From positions 34,314,187 to 34,361,945 of the forward strand of contig NC_068981.1 in NCBI RefSeq assembly GCF_001194135.2: a DNA stretch of 47,759 bases, in the 5' to 3' direction. Position 1 is the first letter of the stretch; every line of letters starts with the position of its first letter. Origin of the DNA: Octopus bimaculoides (taxonomy: Eukaryota). The notes under the pieces were generated by a model. It made no database searches, had not been told where the DNA came from, and saw only the letters and a program-made list of their open reading frames with translations. The translations under genes were made by a program, and so were the position numbers. Below, piece by piece: positions 1-11,604 of the stretch.

Positions 1-130
1 CCGCATTCCAGCGGCGACTATCCCATCGTTTTTGTATGTGCAGGGTAGCCAGGACCACACAGTCTAATGTTTCATTTTATAAGACTGTATTATAGGATTT
101 GAGGGAAATTTGACTGATATTTTTATCAGG
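1..130 (-). mobile_element. Interspersed repeat family F fragment (unclassified, SINE-tail-like)
   Basis: Reverse complement (…AAATTTCCCTCAAATCC…CATTAGACTGTGTGGTCC…GATGGGATAGTCGCCGCTGGAATGC) aligns by eye with plus-strand copies at 32498-32625 and 42085-42220. Confidence 0.5.
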
Positions 131-869
131 CTTCCTTATTGTTTCAAATAAGCTCGTTGATTGACTGAAATTTTACCTGAAATTCTAAAGGGTGAAATTA
201 TCGTTAGTATACATTGATATATTCAGATTAAGGACCTTATTTGGGCTGTTATAGTTGCAAAGTTTCGGCCTTTGTACCCACCGACCTACTTCAAGTGCCA
301 GTTGTATTTAATAATTTCGAATAATTTAAACCCATGGGGTTAGGCTGTCCTCATTCCGCTGTCCATACCAAGCATCTTCTCTTAGTTATTCTCTTGCTCG
401 TGATGTTGCGCGCTCCTTTCACTTGAATTAGAATACTAGAACATATATTGATTGGCTCGATCGGTCAATCAATAAACAGACGACATCATTTGTAGGGGAA
501 TAACTAAGATGGCGCCATCACCGTAAATAACGTATTACTTTCAGTGAATGTCTGACAACCTGCATCACTCCTTTGTCAAAATCTCAATGACGACACTTTA
601 CTTTTGCTTGAAACCCGCTATTTTCCTGCAATGAAGAACAGGTAGAAGAATTAATATAAAAGAATAGTTATTCAATCAACATATATATTAACCTATATTA
701 ACTGATAAATGTTCAAATGAACGACCAATTTGAATAAAGAGAATTTGCCAACCTTTGCATTAACTTTGGTACAACCTCGTATATAAGTTGTTAGGGATAT
801 AAAGTTAAATTCGACAAATACTAATTTAAATTGTTTAAATTATAGTGTGAGAGAGAATATAACAAGTTA

Positions 870-1650
870 AAATCGTATGAACTGCTTAATAGTACGATCT
901 AAGAAAAATCATTTCGTCCGATATCTTGTTGAGCAACCTTAAAATTGTCAGAGAAAAGATGTATATATTATTATACAATATCATATATAAGTTTGAATAA
1001 AAATGATACAATAAAATTAGAATTATCTAGGCATGGCGGTGGGTAATAAAATTTCAATATTTATATTGCTCTTAGTTTTCTGCAAGATAACTGTGAGATA
1101 GTCATGTCTCTGGGTGTGTGAGTGTTGTACATTGTGGTTAGATTATGTGCTGTTGTATAAGAGCTATAAGGAAATGGTGCTAGAGAAGAAGGGAGGTGGG
1201 GCACAAATTTAGATACAATATTAATGAGTTATTTAAATTACCACATTATAAGCAGATAGTATGTGTTTGGGAACTTGATTTAAAATTAGCACAAAATATG
1301 TTAGTAAGATACAGAAAATATAAATTGAATATTGATTTCTAAAAGCAACAAATTATTAGAACTTACAGCTGTGTTCACATGTTTACGTGGAACCTGATTT
1401 AATATGCAAGTATATATTTTAATAATAAGTAAAATGCGTTTTCTAATAATAATAAGTTAGTGTCAACTCGTAAATGTTTATGGTAGCAAGCAAGCAAGTT
1501 TATAAGGATTAGAAATGTATTTTAAATATAGACTTGTGCTCTCTAGATCTAACTAAACATCTTCATTAATATCTCAGGAATATTGTCAACAGCAAAGTCA
1601 AGCTGTCTACAAGTCAGTAAATCTTTAATGATTCCTTTAATTAGTACAAT
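870..1650 (-). mobile_element. Possible very old CR1/L2-group LINE ORF2 3' remnant
   Basis: Manual minus-strand translation across frameshifts gives VDNIP..D(V)..DL, YISN..LL..FTS.DTNLLL, IKIYTC and NFKV…FF…R, in the order of the RT-thumb/C-terminal region of CR1/L2-like ORF2. Heavily degenerate. Confidence 0.3.
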
Positions 1651-2700
1651 AGTGCTTTTTAACGCAGTGGATTCCAAGATAAAAGCAGATAGGCAAAATA
1701 TATACCCACTGATTCAATCCGCTGTTAAACTTGGCGGAAGTAACATCTCTTCTGACAAAATATTTAACAAATATTGTATTAAAATATCATACTCTCCTTC
1801 CCCTAACTTTGCACTGCCAGTCGAAAATTAACCCACCTACACCCAAGACTCATACCATTATTTGTAACCCCCCTAGCTCTAACAATTCTTTATAGTTACT
1901 GAGTTTCGTGAAAGTAATACGTAAATGTTGGAAGCATTCTTTTTAAAGGAAATGTCGAGACTAACAACCTCTCTATGACATATTTTGGTCTCAGCGCTAA
2001 CCAATTCGAAATTTAGATGTGAAAAACACAATCGCCGTTTCCTTAACCAGAAGAGATGATAAAGCGCTATTAAAATTTATATTCATTATAAGAGTAACAT
2101 ATAATTTAAAACTGAAGATACTTTCCTAGGCTAACTTTTATACTAAATATTATATAAAAAGAAACAAAAAACCAAAGGATAGTGCAATTGGAAGTTATGA
2201 AAATATTTCTAAGACTCCTCAAGTATATTCGCAGAAAACATTCAAAATTCCTAAGTATTTTGAACTGATTCTAAACCCTAGCATCTAGTCATCACAAACG
2301 ATTTTTTTTAAATGATATAAATCTAAGATTAATTCGACCAAGTCAAATTACTCTGAAACTAGCATTTTTTTCTTTTAGCGTGAATTTTATGCCACCTTCA
2401 TTTCAAATATTTTGCATATAGCCGTTTTAAGTATACTAGCATTTTTAATTGCGTACCACCTCGGTTGTATTTTAAAAACTTTAGTTGTAGTCATTTTAAA
2501 TACACGAGCATCTTCAGCTATCTATGAAACACATTAATATATAGCTTACACATCTCTGTCAATAACAACGAATACAAAATATCAAATCGCTAGTTTTTTT
2601 AAACGTTATACCTTTCAAGTAACACAACAGACTTCTCTTCATGAATGCTTCCTGTAATACATGCGCAGGGATGGAGTTAGCAAGCACGCTTTGCGACAAC

Positions 2701-2890
2701 GTAGTTTTTAGTTCAGCCCCACTGCACAGTACCTTGGGCAAGTGTTTTCTACTGTAGCTGCGAACCGATCAATTCACTGTGAGTGAATTTGGAAAGGAAA
2801 CTCTGTGTGTGTAGTGGGGTGGTCTTTGTGTTTGTTCTACCCACCGCTTGACAACCGGTTTGCTTTGTTTACATTCGGGTAACTTATTTG
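2701..2890 (+). mobile_element. SINE family B, degenerate copy
   Basis: CCTTGGGCAAGTGTTTTCTACT…TGTGAGTGAATTTGG…CGCTTGACAACCGG match the intact family B copies (e.g. 41142-41548 reverse complement). Confidence 0.7.
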
Positions 2891-3184
2891 CAATGCCACT
2901 AGAATATTGTGGAATAAAAAAATTCTGCTTTTCAACTTCCAAAGATCAGTCGTCTATATTTATAATAAGAAAGATTACTGGTCGAATGTTGCATCACGAC
3001 CTGGCGAGAGTTAAAGAAGAAGAGATGAATGAACAAGCGTTGTTGCAAGGAATGTGGGACAAACGAAAATGTATCCAAGTACACAGTCTTCAATGTTAAT
3101 AATAGTTAGTTAAATACAGTAAGATATTGTAAGGATTTAGGTCAGAGGTGTATATTGTTAGAACGTATGTGTGTATGAGGGTGT

Positions 3185-3237
3185 TCCTGTATACACACGT
3201 ACACACACACAGACACACACATACACACACACATATA

Positions 3238-3284
<47 letters not shown>

Positions 3285-3305
3285 TATATCTGTGCGTATG
3301 TATGA

Positions 3306-3356
<51 letters not shown>

Positions 3357-3820
3357 TGTTTGGGTGTGTGTGTGAATCTCTGTGTGTTTGTGTCTATGAA
3401 TGGAAGGGGGAGAGCAAGAGAGAGAGAGGATTGACAGTGAGAGTGAAAAAGAAGGAACAAGGGAGGGGGTAAGAAAGTGCGTTTATGTATGCGTGACGGT
3501 TTGTAGGGGTGACTGTGGGAATGCGTTTGGGTGTGTCTGAAATGGTATGCGCATGTGCGTGCGTGTGTTCGCGTAGTGAACCTGAATGTATGCGTATGTG
3601 TGTGTATGTGTGTGTGTGTCTGTCTGTAAGTATGTGTTTGTGTATGTATGTGTGTGTGTGAGTGTGTGTGTGAGCTTATGTGTGTATATGTAAAAAGTTT
3701 ATATAACGTCTATGAAAACGTATATTTTGCGTGATTATCGTATGTGTATAAATGTATCTCTCTGTGTGTGTTTACATGTATCTATTTGTGGTTATATGCA
3801 TGCATGTGTATGTATGTGTG

Positions 3821-3901
<81 letters not shown>

Positions 3902-4192
3902 GCTCACATGCACATACACACATACACACATATATATATACGTATGCATATATATGTATGTATGTGTGTATGTGTGTGTATGTGTGTGTGTATGTGTGTG
4001 TGTATGTGTGTTTGGTATACAACCAGAGACAGAAAGGCGACAAGTGTGTGTTTGTGTATGTGTATGTGTCTCTCTATGCGATAGAACATGTATTGCACAC
4101 AAATGAATGTGTGTGAGGGTGTGGGAAGAGGAGGGAAAGAGAGGGGGAGAGTTTGTATATAGATATACTCTTGCATATGTATGTGCATATAT

Positions 4193-4230
<38 letters not shown>

Positions 4231-4530
4231 ATGTATGTACAAGATGAATGTGCAAGTATGTAGCTGTACCTATGTATGTGCGTGGTTAATAATCTACATG
4301 TATGTGAGGGTATTTGTGTGTGCGCTTGTGTTTTGTGTCGGCTGCATATGTATGTGTATTGTAGTTGTGCGCGAGTATGCTGCGTGTGTGTGTGCTTGTG
4401 CGTGCGTGCGTGGGTATGTGCGTATATATGTTCGTTTATGATGTATGATTTTAAGTGTATATGTTTGGTTGCATATCTCTGGAAAGCATGAATATGTATG
4501 CACACGTGTAAGATGTGGTGTGTGTGTGTG

Positions 4531-4564
<34 letters not shown>

Positions 4565-4700
4565 ATGTATGTATGTATGTATGTATGTATGTATAGATAG
4601 ATAGATAGATAGATATGTTTCTTTATTAGCCACACAGGGCTGAACACAGAGGGGACATGTCTGTGTGTGTGTGCGTGTATGTGTGTGTGTGTGTGTGTGT
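3185..4700. repeat. Compound microsatellite field: (CA), (TA), (GT), (GA), (GTAT), (GATA)
   Basis: Direct reading, e.g. (TA)n at about 3825-3900, (GT)n at 4194-4226, (GTAT)n then (GATA)n at 4548-4615. Confidence 0.95.
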
Positions 4701-4717
4701 AGACAAACAGACAGACA

Positions 4718-4732
4718 GACAGACAGGCTGGC

Positions 4733-4776
<44 letters not shown>

Positions 4777-4917
4777 GGCCAACGGGTTTTAGGGTCTGAA
4801 GAAACGCTGTAAAGCTATGCGCTTTGTGGACGTGAAACCCAGAGTAACCCCATGGACCGGCCATATCTAACTATCTGTCTATCTATTTATCTATCTATCT
4901 ATCTATCTGCCTGCCTG

Positions 4918-4921
<4 letters not shown>
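4718..4921. repeat. Inverted repeat with compound-microsatellite arms (about 63 bp) and a 78-bp spacer
   Basis: Left arm CAGACAGGCTGGCA(GATA)nGATGGCC (4718-4780); the right arm 4859-4921 is its reverse complement, including the non-repetitive junctions CAGGCWGGCAG and ATGGCC. Confidence 0.75.
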
Positions 4922-4970
<49 letters not shown>

Positions 4971-4973
<3 letters not shown>

Positions 4974-6212
4974 GAAGTAAATAGACTCACTGATAATTAT
5001 TGGAATTTATTTAAATCTGAAATTATATATTTAAATTATTTATTAATTATTATAATGTGAATATCTAATATTTAGCAGACATTCCCCTTGCATTTTTCAA
5101 TGCAAGGACCCTATTAGGCATACTGCTGATCGGATGATGAATATTCTCTTGAGAAATTTCTTGTCAAGTTTCATGCAGTAATCTCAAAAGATCTGGCTTT
5201 GAGGATGCCTTCTTGTTCTTTTTACAAAGTATTCTGTCCATTATGCCCCAGAGGTGTTCAATAGGATTCATATCTGGTGACTTGCTTGGCCATGGAAGCT
5301 TTTTAATGCCATTCTCTTCCAACCAATCTTGGGTCTTTTTAACCGTGTGACAAGGAACCCAATCTTCCATAAATAAAGAGTCTTCTTTAACCATTTCACC
5401 ATTGGAGAAGATTGGAAGGAGATCTTTCTGCAGTATGGACACATATTTATCTGAGTTTATGTTTCCCTCACACTCCACCAGCTCTGATTGACCATTGCTC
5501 CAAATTGCTCCCCAGACCTTCACAGAATAGCTGCCTTGTTTCATTGTTGGAAGGAACCTTTTCATGTCAAACTCTTTATCACAAAGTCTCCAGACCCACA
5601 CTCAACCACTGTCAGGAAATACAGCAAATCTGGACTCTTCAGAGAATATGACAGTGTCCCAAAATGCTAGTGACTTCTCCACCATCTCACTGGCTCAGAC
5701 TTTTCTCCACTTGATATTTGCTGGTTGAAGAAGTGGCTTCCTTCTTGCTGCTCTGCCATAGTAGCCAAGTTTGTGGAGATACCTGACAGCTGTTCTGGGA
5801 CTGACATCAACTTGTTCTGCTGTGTCTGAGGCTTTGCGATGAGGATTATCTTCCACACTTCACTTAACAAAGCAAAGGGTCCTGTCGGAGGGCCCTGGTC
5901 AACCTGGGCAAGGTGATGTGGACTCCTTCTCCTCTCTGGTGAATTGGACAATCAGTCTATTAACTGTAGAAAGCGGGATCCCAAGTTTTTTTGCGATTTT
6001 ACACTAAGTCCACCTTCAAATTGACCCACAATACGGCCTCTTTGAAATTTGGACAGTTCCAAGACTTCTCTTGTACGTGGCATGATTAAACAGTCACATA
6101 TAGAACTTGAAGCATAAAAATGTCCATTAATAAGAAATATAAACCTTTCCAAGTTAAAATAAACATAAAACAATGTTTTATGAAGTGTCTATTTACTTCT
6201 GTCATGCCTGTG
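4971..6212 (-). mobile_element. Decayed Tc1-family (DD34E) DNA transposon, near full length
   Basis: Inverted repeat ACAGAAGTAAATAGAC (4971-4986 / 6187-6202); right end …GCCTGTG followed by TA. Transposase starts MPRTREVLELSKFQRGRIVG at 6083 and has GRAARRKPLL, WDTVIFSEES, VKVWGAIW and FMED-34 aa-E (WPSKSPDMNPIEHLW). Confidence 0.93.
5164..6083 (-). pseudogene. Tc1 transposase pseudogene
   Basis: Frameshift near 6005, in-frame stops (K-V-* at about 5695, G-*-V at about 5605), and first catalytic Asp read as Glu (VIFSEES). Exactly 34 residues lie between the second D and the E. Confidence 0.9.
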
Positions 6213-6487
6213 TATTTATTTCTGGTGTGTGTGTGTGTGCGCGCGCGCGTGCGTGTGTGTGTGTGTGAAATGAAAATTATTTTTAATTTCCTGAAATTAT
6301 GTCCCCTTTCTACTCAGAGTTGTAGACACCGCTAGGTTTTTGTTTAATTTTCCTGACTAGTCCTTTTATTAAATTTTGAGAAAAAAGGAATTTATCGTGT
6401 AAGGTATTCAGTGCACAAGCTCCTCTTTCTCTCACTGTCTCTTTCCCTTTCCCTTTCTCTCTCTCTCTCTCTGTCTTTCTCACTCAG

Positions 6488-6522
6488 TATATATATATAT
6501 ATATATATAGATAGATAGATAA

Positions 6523-6561
<39 letters not shown>

Positions 6562-6570
6562 TAGATGTAG
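6488..6570. repeat. (TA)n(GATA)n microsatellite
   Basis: Direct reading. Confidence 0.95.
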
Positions 6571-6585
6571 ATATACACTCAGATG

Positions 6586-6838
6586 GTGAAGGAGCGTGGT
6601 TTAGTGATTAGGGGTATTCGGTTTATGATCATAAGCTCATGAGTTCAATTTCCGGCGTTCAAATTATTCCAGTCCACTCAACTGGCAAAACTGAGTATTA
6701 CCTGTAATTCAAAGGGCCAGCCTTGTCATACCTTGTCACGTTGAAGTGCTCTGCCACATGCACCTTAATTTCGTGGACAGGCTGTTCCGTTGATCAGGTC
6801 AACTGAAACACTTACCGTCGTAATGGCTGAACCACGGA
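6586..6838 (+). mobile_element. tRNA-headed SINE family C (internally deleted)
   Basis: A-box-like GTGGTTTAGTGATTAG and B-box-like GAGTTCAATTTCC. The tail CCTGTAATTCAAAGGGCCAGCCTTGTCA…GCTGTTCCGTTGATC matches the reverse complement of 26921-27120. Confidence 0.75.
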
Positions 6839-6871
6839 TCAAATGTTTGTCGTGGTAGTTTGTTAGATGAA

Positions 6872-7152
6872 GACTGTGCGGAAGCCCGACGCATATATAT
6901 GAGTGTGTGCACGCGTGCGCGCGCGCGCGTGTTTGTGTTTATCTCCCTCAAGTACTTGACAACTGGTATAAGTTCCTTTACGTCCCTTTAAACTAGCAGT
7001 TCGATAAAAGAGACCGATGGAATAAGTACCAAACTCAGAAACAAGTACTTGGGTCGATTGGACTGATAGCAGTTCAGTGACTGAAACAAGTAAAAGATAG
7101 AAGACACAGCTCAACTATATAATCAGTGACCGAAACAAATAAAAGATAGAAG
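6872..7152 (+). mobile_element. SINE family B 3' half with duplicated 3' tail
   Basis: GGAAGCCCGACGCATATAT, internal microsatellite, GAGACCGATGGAATAAGTACC. The tail CAGTGAC.GAAACAA.TAAAAGATAGAAGA occurs twice about 49 bp apart. Confidence 0.8.
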
Positions 7153-7682
7153 ATATTTGGTTCAAATCTGAGGACACAACCCAACTGTAATGAGTTTTCG
7201 CTTTCATAATTAGATGTGAATAAGCTTTCCGCTGTTGGACTCCGTCTTGAGAGAAAAGCATATTCGCGTCAAACTCTATTGGAACGTCTTAGTAATGATT
7301 ACACACATCATTGTTTGATTCTTGTTGTTTGCGTGCTGATAATAATTTCAACAAAATTTCTTAATCCAACTAAAAAACACGAAATCTCAGTAATAAGGTG
7401 AGCAAGACATGCCATTCTCTGTACTGAGGTGGGCGGAGAATTGTGAAGAGGCGGGTGGGTTAGAAGAAAAGGTTATGCGGTGTTGTGACCCGGCACATGA
7501 TCTAGCGTGAAACATTTAAATTTTGGCAGATAACAAATTTACTCTGTGATATGCATGACAATACCTGAGATTTCTTATCCAAAAATTCATTTTTGCTTTC
7601 TCAACAGCATTTTTCTATTTGAATAAAAAAAGTAATTGTTGGAGGAAAATGTCGAAAAAGAAAATGTTTAAAGGGGACGCAG

Positions 7683-8015
7683 GTTGTTGGGAGAAAGAGA
7701 ACGCTCATTGTAGAGCAGGGAGAAATGGGCACATTTTGGGGCAGGGAGAAAGGTCGTTGGCAGAAGGGATAGAACATTGTAGGGCTATGAGAATGGATCA
7801 CAGATTTTATTAGAGTTGGGAGAAGGTGTGGTCACCGGGGAGCTGAGAGAAAGGGAATGCACATTGCAGATCTAGAAGGGATCGCTCATTGTAAGGTTGG
7901 GAAAAGAGGCGGTCACTGTATGGTGAGGAGAAAGGATCGTATATTGCAGAGTTGGAAGAAAGGATCCATATTGATGGACTGAGAGAAAGGGATGCACATC
8001 GTAGGAAGGCGGACA
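7683..8015 (+). repeat. Decayed ~27-29 bp minisatellite, consensus about GGGAGAAAGGATCGCACATTGTAGAGTT
   Basis: About 11 recurring units with G(G/A)GAGAAAGG and CATTG(T/C)AG at regular spacing. Confidence 0.7.
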
Positions 8016-8527
8016 CTCGCATACACATACAAACACACACACACAAACCCACATAGACGCGCGCGCGCGCGTATGCTTTTATGAGTGAATGCATATAAGC
8101 AAAGGGATTAATAAGAAAACAGCCGCGTATGTACTGACAATTTTCAACGAAGTATAACACAATGGGAAGTGCTCAACAAATAATAATAAATTACTTGGAG
8201 CTACACCGTCATTGTAAACTGAAGAAATAAAATGGAAGGAATGGATTTCTGATACATCATATAAGCTGGGCCGATGCCAAGATATTCAGCATCGTGGGTC
8301 AGACTTACAATCTGTAACTCTTCTGCAAACCCTACTGTGTACGATCTCTTCAAATAATCACATGTTTAGTTTGGTGAATCGGCAGAACTGTAGGTAGCCC
8401 ACCATAGATATTTTCTTTTTCTTTTATCGTAAGCATTGCGGTAATGTATGTTGCACAACTGGTTTCTATTACTGTGCACCCTTTCTATTCTCAAGCTATC
8501 TAGTCTAGTAGGCTTACTTTTTGTAGA

Positions 8528-8593
8528 GGTTTTGATAGGAACATTCCTTTGGTTTTGATAGGAACATTCCTTTGGTTTTGATAGGAACATTCC
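8528..8593 (+). repeat. 23-bp tandem repeat, about 2.9 perfect copies (GGTTTTGATAGGAACATTCCTTT)
   Basis: Direct reading: 8528-8550, 8551-8573, 8574-8593. Confidence 0.95.
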
Positions 8594-8598
8594 GAAGC

Positions 8599-8794
8599 CA
8601 GTGTCCCAAAATGCTAGTGACTTCTCCACCATCTCACTGGCTCAGGCTTTTCTCCACTTGATATTTTCTGGTTGAAGAAGTGGCTTCCTTCTTGCTGCTC
8701 TGCCATAGTAGCCAAGTTTGTGGAGATACCTGACAGCTGTTCTGGGACTGACATCAACTTGTTCTGCTGTATCTGAGGCTTTGCGATGAGGATT
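8599..8794 (-). mobile_element. 196-bp internal Tc1 transposase fragment, copy of 5652-5847
   Basis: Ungapped match with 3 mismatches by manual comparison; encodes …SPRTAVRYLHKLGYYGRAARRKPLL…. Confidence 0.95.
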
Positions 8795-9557
8795 TTTGGT
8801 CTCCAGAATTTTCTTTTCAAATGATTGAATTGTATAGGGCACTGGCCATGTGTTGGTTTCCGTTTTCAAAATGCATAACAGCATTTTGTCTTTCTCTGCG
8901 TCTTTAGTATCTACTAAATATTACTTCACTTTTGTAGGAAATTAATTTGAGCAGGAGTTAATTTGCCAAAATGATAGTCCACTACTCCGTTGTACATATT
9001 TACTAGATATTGCTGATCACTGTCAGCATCAACCTAGGTGACCTCGTATTAATACTAGACAAATATAGCTTGCCTTGAAGTAGGAGTTTTGAAAATGAAA
9101 TATTTTTTCTTCAAACATATCAGTAAGAATTCTTGCTCTTTAAGGTCATAATGCATTTATTATTGTGTGGTCTTCTATGGCCACTTGTAGCTACATGTAG
9201 ATGATCAACCTTAGTCTGAGATGGTGTGCAGCAGCCAAATTCAGTCTATTGTCATTCACGCATGTGTGTTCTTGGGGAGATTTTCATCTATTGGTATATG
9301 TGTACTGTTCTAACTTCTGTGAATAAAGTTACAAACACCAACTCTCCTATTATGTTTGATAAATATTGATTGTTGGCATAATTATTTCGTTGTGAAATAA
9401 TTTAATCTGAGTACAGTTTGTCCCAGTATATTTTCAGTCTAAAATTTAAAAAGTAAGCGAAATAACTCAAGTGTAGCATGAATCTGGATAAAAAAAAATT
9501 AAGGACTGGTATACTAAATAAAATATGCAAAAGCTCACTTGAACTTTCTTTCCTGCT

Positions 9558-9559
<2 letters not shown>

Positions 9560-9642
<83 letters not shown>

Positions 9643-9647
9643 TAGAG
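9560..9647. repeat. (GA)n microsatellite
   Basis: Direct reading. Confidence 0.97.
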
Positions 9648-9810
9648 AGTAAAATTTTAGCAATATTTGTAACGAATCCCAAAGGAAAGTGAATATAATT
9701 TAGAATTTATAATCATGTTTATCAAACTTAAAGTATATTTAATATTGAAAGCCTTCTAACCTGCAGAATTTGTCCCAGGAAAGTTTCTCTTATAGACGTA
9801 GTGTGTTAAA

Positions 9811-9912
9811 AAACACAAAAATATATCAGTAGTAGACAAAAATCGTCCAGCAGCGATAATGGCATTGCTAAATACATATTTCTATCTCTTTGTGCTTCGT
9901 CAGTTATAAGTA
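9811..9912 (+). repeat. Unclassified interspersed repeat, second copy at 42462-42563
   Basis: Shared ATATATCAGTAG(T/C)AGAC(A/G)AAAATCGTCCAGCAG…TGCTA.AT.CA.ATTTCT…TTGTGCTT.GT.AGT..AAGTA. Confidence 0.75.
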
Positions 9913-10014
9913 TTCACTTACAGTCGCATATTAAGACAAATTCAGTCGCTACTGATATATATATAGTTCCAAAAACTAAACAGTAACACAACAAAGCAGC
10001 AAACGGATATACAT

Positions 10015-10140
10015 ACATAAATACATAATACACACAGATACATACCTACACACATGCACACACACATACATACATACATACATACATACATACATACATA
10101 CATACATACATACATACATACATACATACATGTGTGTGTG
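10015..10140. repeat. (CATA)n / (CA)n microsatellite
   Basis: Direct reading. Confidence 0.95.
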
Positions 10141-10669
10141 TATAACAGTGATTGAAAAGTCAATGATAACGCAGTTAGGCTGAATTAAAATTCGTTATGA
10201 GCGACAGGAACAGTTCAGAATAGGAATATGTGTATCACAAATGATTTTACATCTCTGAGGAAAACTCTGACCTTTACCTCATGGCAAAGGAATACTAAAG
10301 ACAAGCCTCGCTCTTTATGGACCTAATTAGTTGGACTATAATTTACTCAAGCCCCTTTTCATTACCTGTAAAGTCTTAACATACACAGAAAAAGAAATAC
10401 AAATTCAAATAGTACTTCAAATTTTTTCACATGATCACAGAAGCATGGCTTATACTATGCTACTGAAATACACACACACCACACTAACACCTATACTCAT
10501 TATATATACATTTGTATGTTTGTAAGTGTGTAGAGTTGTGCTTTATCTTTGCGAGCAAGTCTAGTGTTGGTATGGAACAAGCTGGGGCACGATTCAACCT
10601 CGCTTAGCTCATTTTTTTATTAAATTAAATTATACAAATTACGTAGGCTCTAAATGTTTTCCACTCCAT

Positions 10670-10870
10670 TTTGTACGAGAATAAGTCCCTTGCCTCCTGG
10701 AGATAATCGTGGTGACCATCGCTACACCGCCATAAGTTCCGTCCGTTTCTCTGCAGGCAATTACCTTGTCCTTTCCTTTCATGGCAAGTCACTTGTTGAG
10801 AATTTCTTGCTTTTTAGAGATTATCTCCCCTTCTCGGGTGGAGCTGGTCATAATTGCCATTTGCTAATTA
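10670..10870 (-). mobile_element. Possible RTE-type LINE 3' remnant
   Basis: Minus-strand translation AIMTSSTREG…LNK*LAMKGKDKV (frameshift) …RNLWR…MVT..ISRRQGT resembles the RTE ORF C-terminus as I recall it. Confidence 0.35.
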
Positions 10871-10992
10871 TGATACGGAGGCAAAGATAATTTTAACATA
10901 TCAAAAGTTACATTGTATGGTATCTGACATACATGTATTTGTAACTTGAATTCACAGTCAGTTTGAATTATTTCGCTTAGCTCTTTTCTATT

Positions 10993-10994
<2 letters not shown>

Positions 10995-11042
<48 letters not shown>
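10995..11042. repeat. (CTAT)n microsatellite
   Basis: Direct reading. Confidence 0.95.
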
Positions 11043-11044
11043 CC

Positions 11045-11250
11045 TTTTATTCTTCTACTTCAGTCATTTAACTGCGGCCATGCTGGATCACCGCCTTTTT
11101 TTAGTCGAAGAAATCGACTTCAGGATTTATTCTTTGTGAGCTTGGTACTTATTCTATCGGTGTCTTTTACCGAACCGCTAAGTTATGGGGCGTAAACACA
11201 CCAGCTTTGGTTGTCATTGGTGGTGGGGACAAACACAAAGACAGACATAA
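11045..11250 (-). mobile_element. SINE family B 3' half
   Basis: CAGTCATTTAACTGCGGCCATGCTGGATCACCGCC…GTACTTATTCTATCGG…CCGAACCGCTAAGTTA…GGTTGTCA…GGGGACAAACAC. Confidence 0.9.
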
Positions 11251-11604
11251 ATAAATAAATAAATAAATAAATATATATATATATAATATATANNNNNNNN
11301 NNNNNNNNNNNNNNNNNNNNNNNNNNNNNNNNNNNNNNNNNNNNNNNNNNNNNNNNNNNNNNNNNNNNNNNNNNNNNNNNNNNNNNNNNNNNNNNNNNNN
11401 NNNNNNNNNNNNNNNNNNNNNNNNNNNNNNNNNNNNNNNNNNNNNNNNNNNNNNNNNNNNNNNNNNNNNNNNNNNNNNNNNNNNNNNNNNNNNNNNNNNN
11501 NNNNNNNNNNNNNNNNNNNNNNNNNNNNNNNNNNNNNNNNNNNNNNNNNNNNNNNNNNNNNNNNNNNNNNNNNNNNNNNNATATATATATGTATATATAT
11601 ATAC

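Noticed and set aside
3148-4864. Many 70-160 aa ORFs (HTHT, VCVC, YIYI)
   Set aside because: Translations of dinucleotide and tetranucleotide microsatellites that lack stops by composition.
8300-8395. Minus-strand AG…GTAAGT candidate exon
   Set aside because: The 79-nt version has stops in all three frames; shorter versions lack a polypyrimidine tract.
9150-9270. Minus-strand NRLNLAAAHHLRLRL, like a hAT/Charlie C-terminus
   Set aside because: The upstream dimerisation motif (F.TTYLCE.GFS) is not recoverable; the match is too short.
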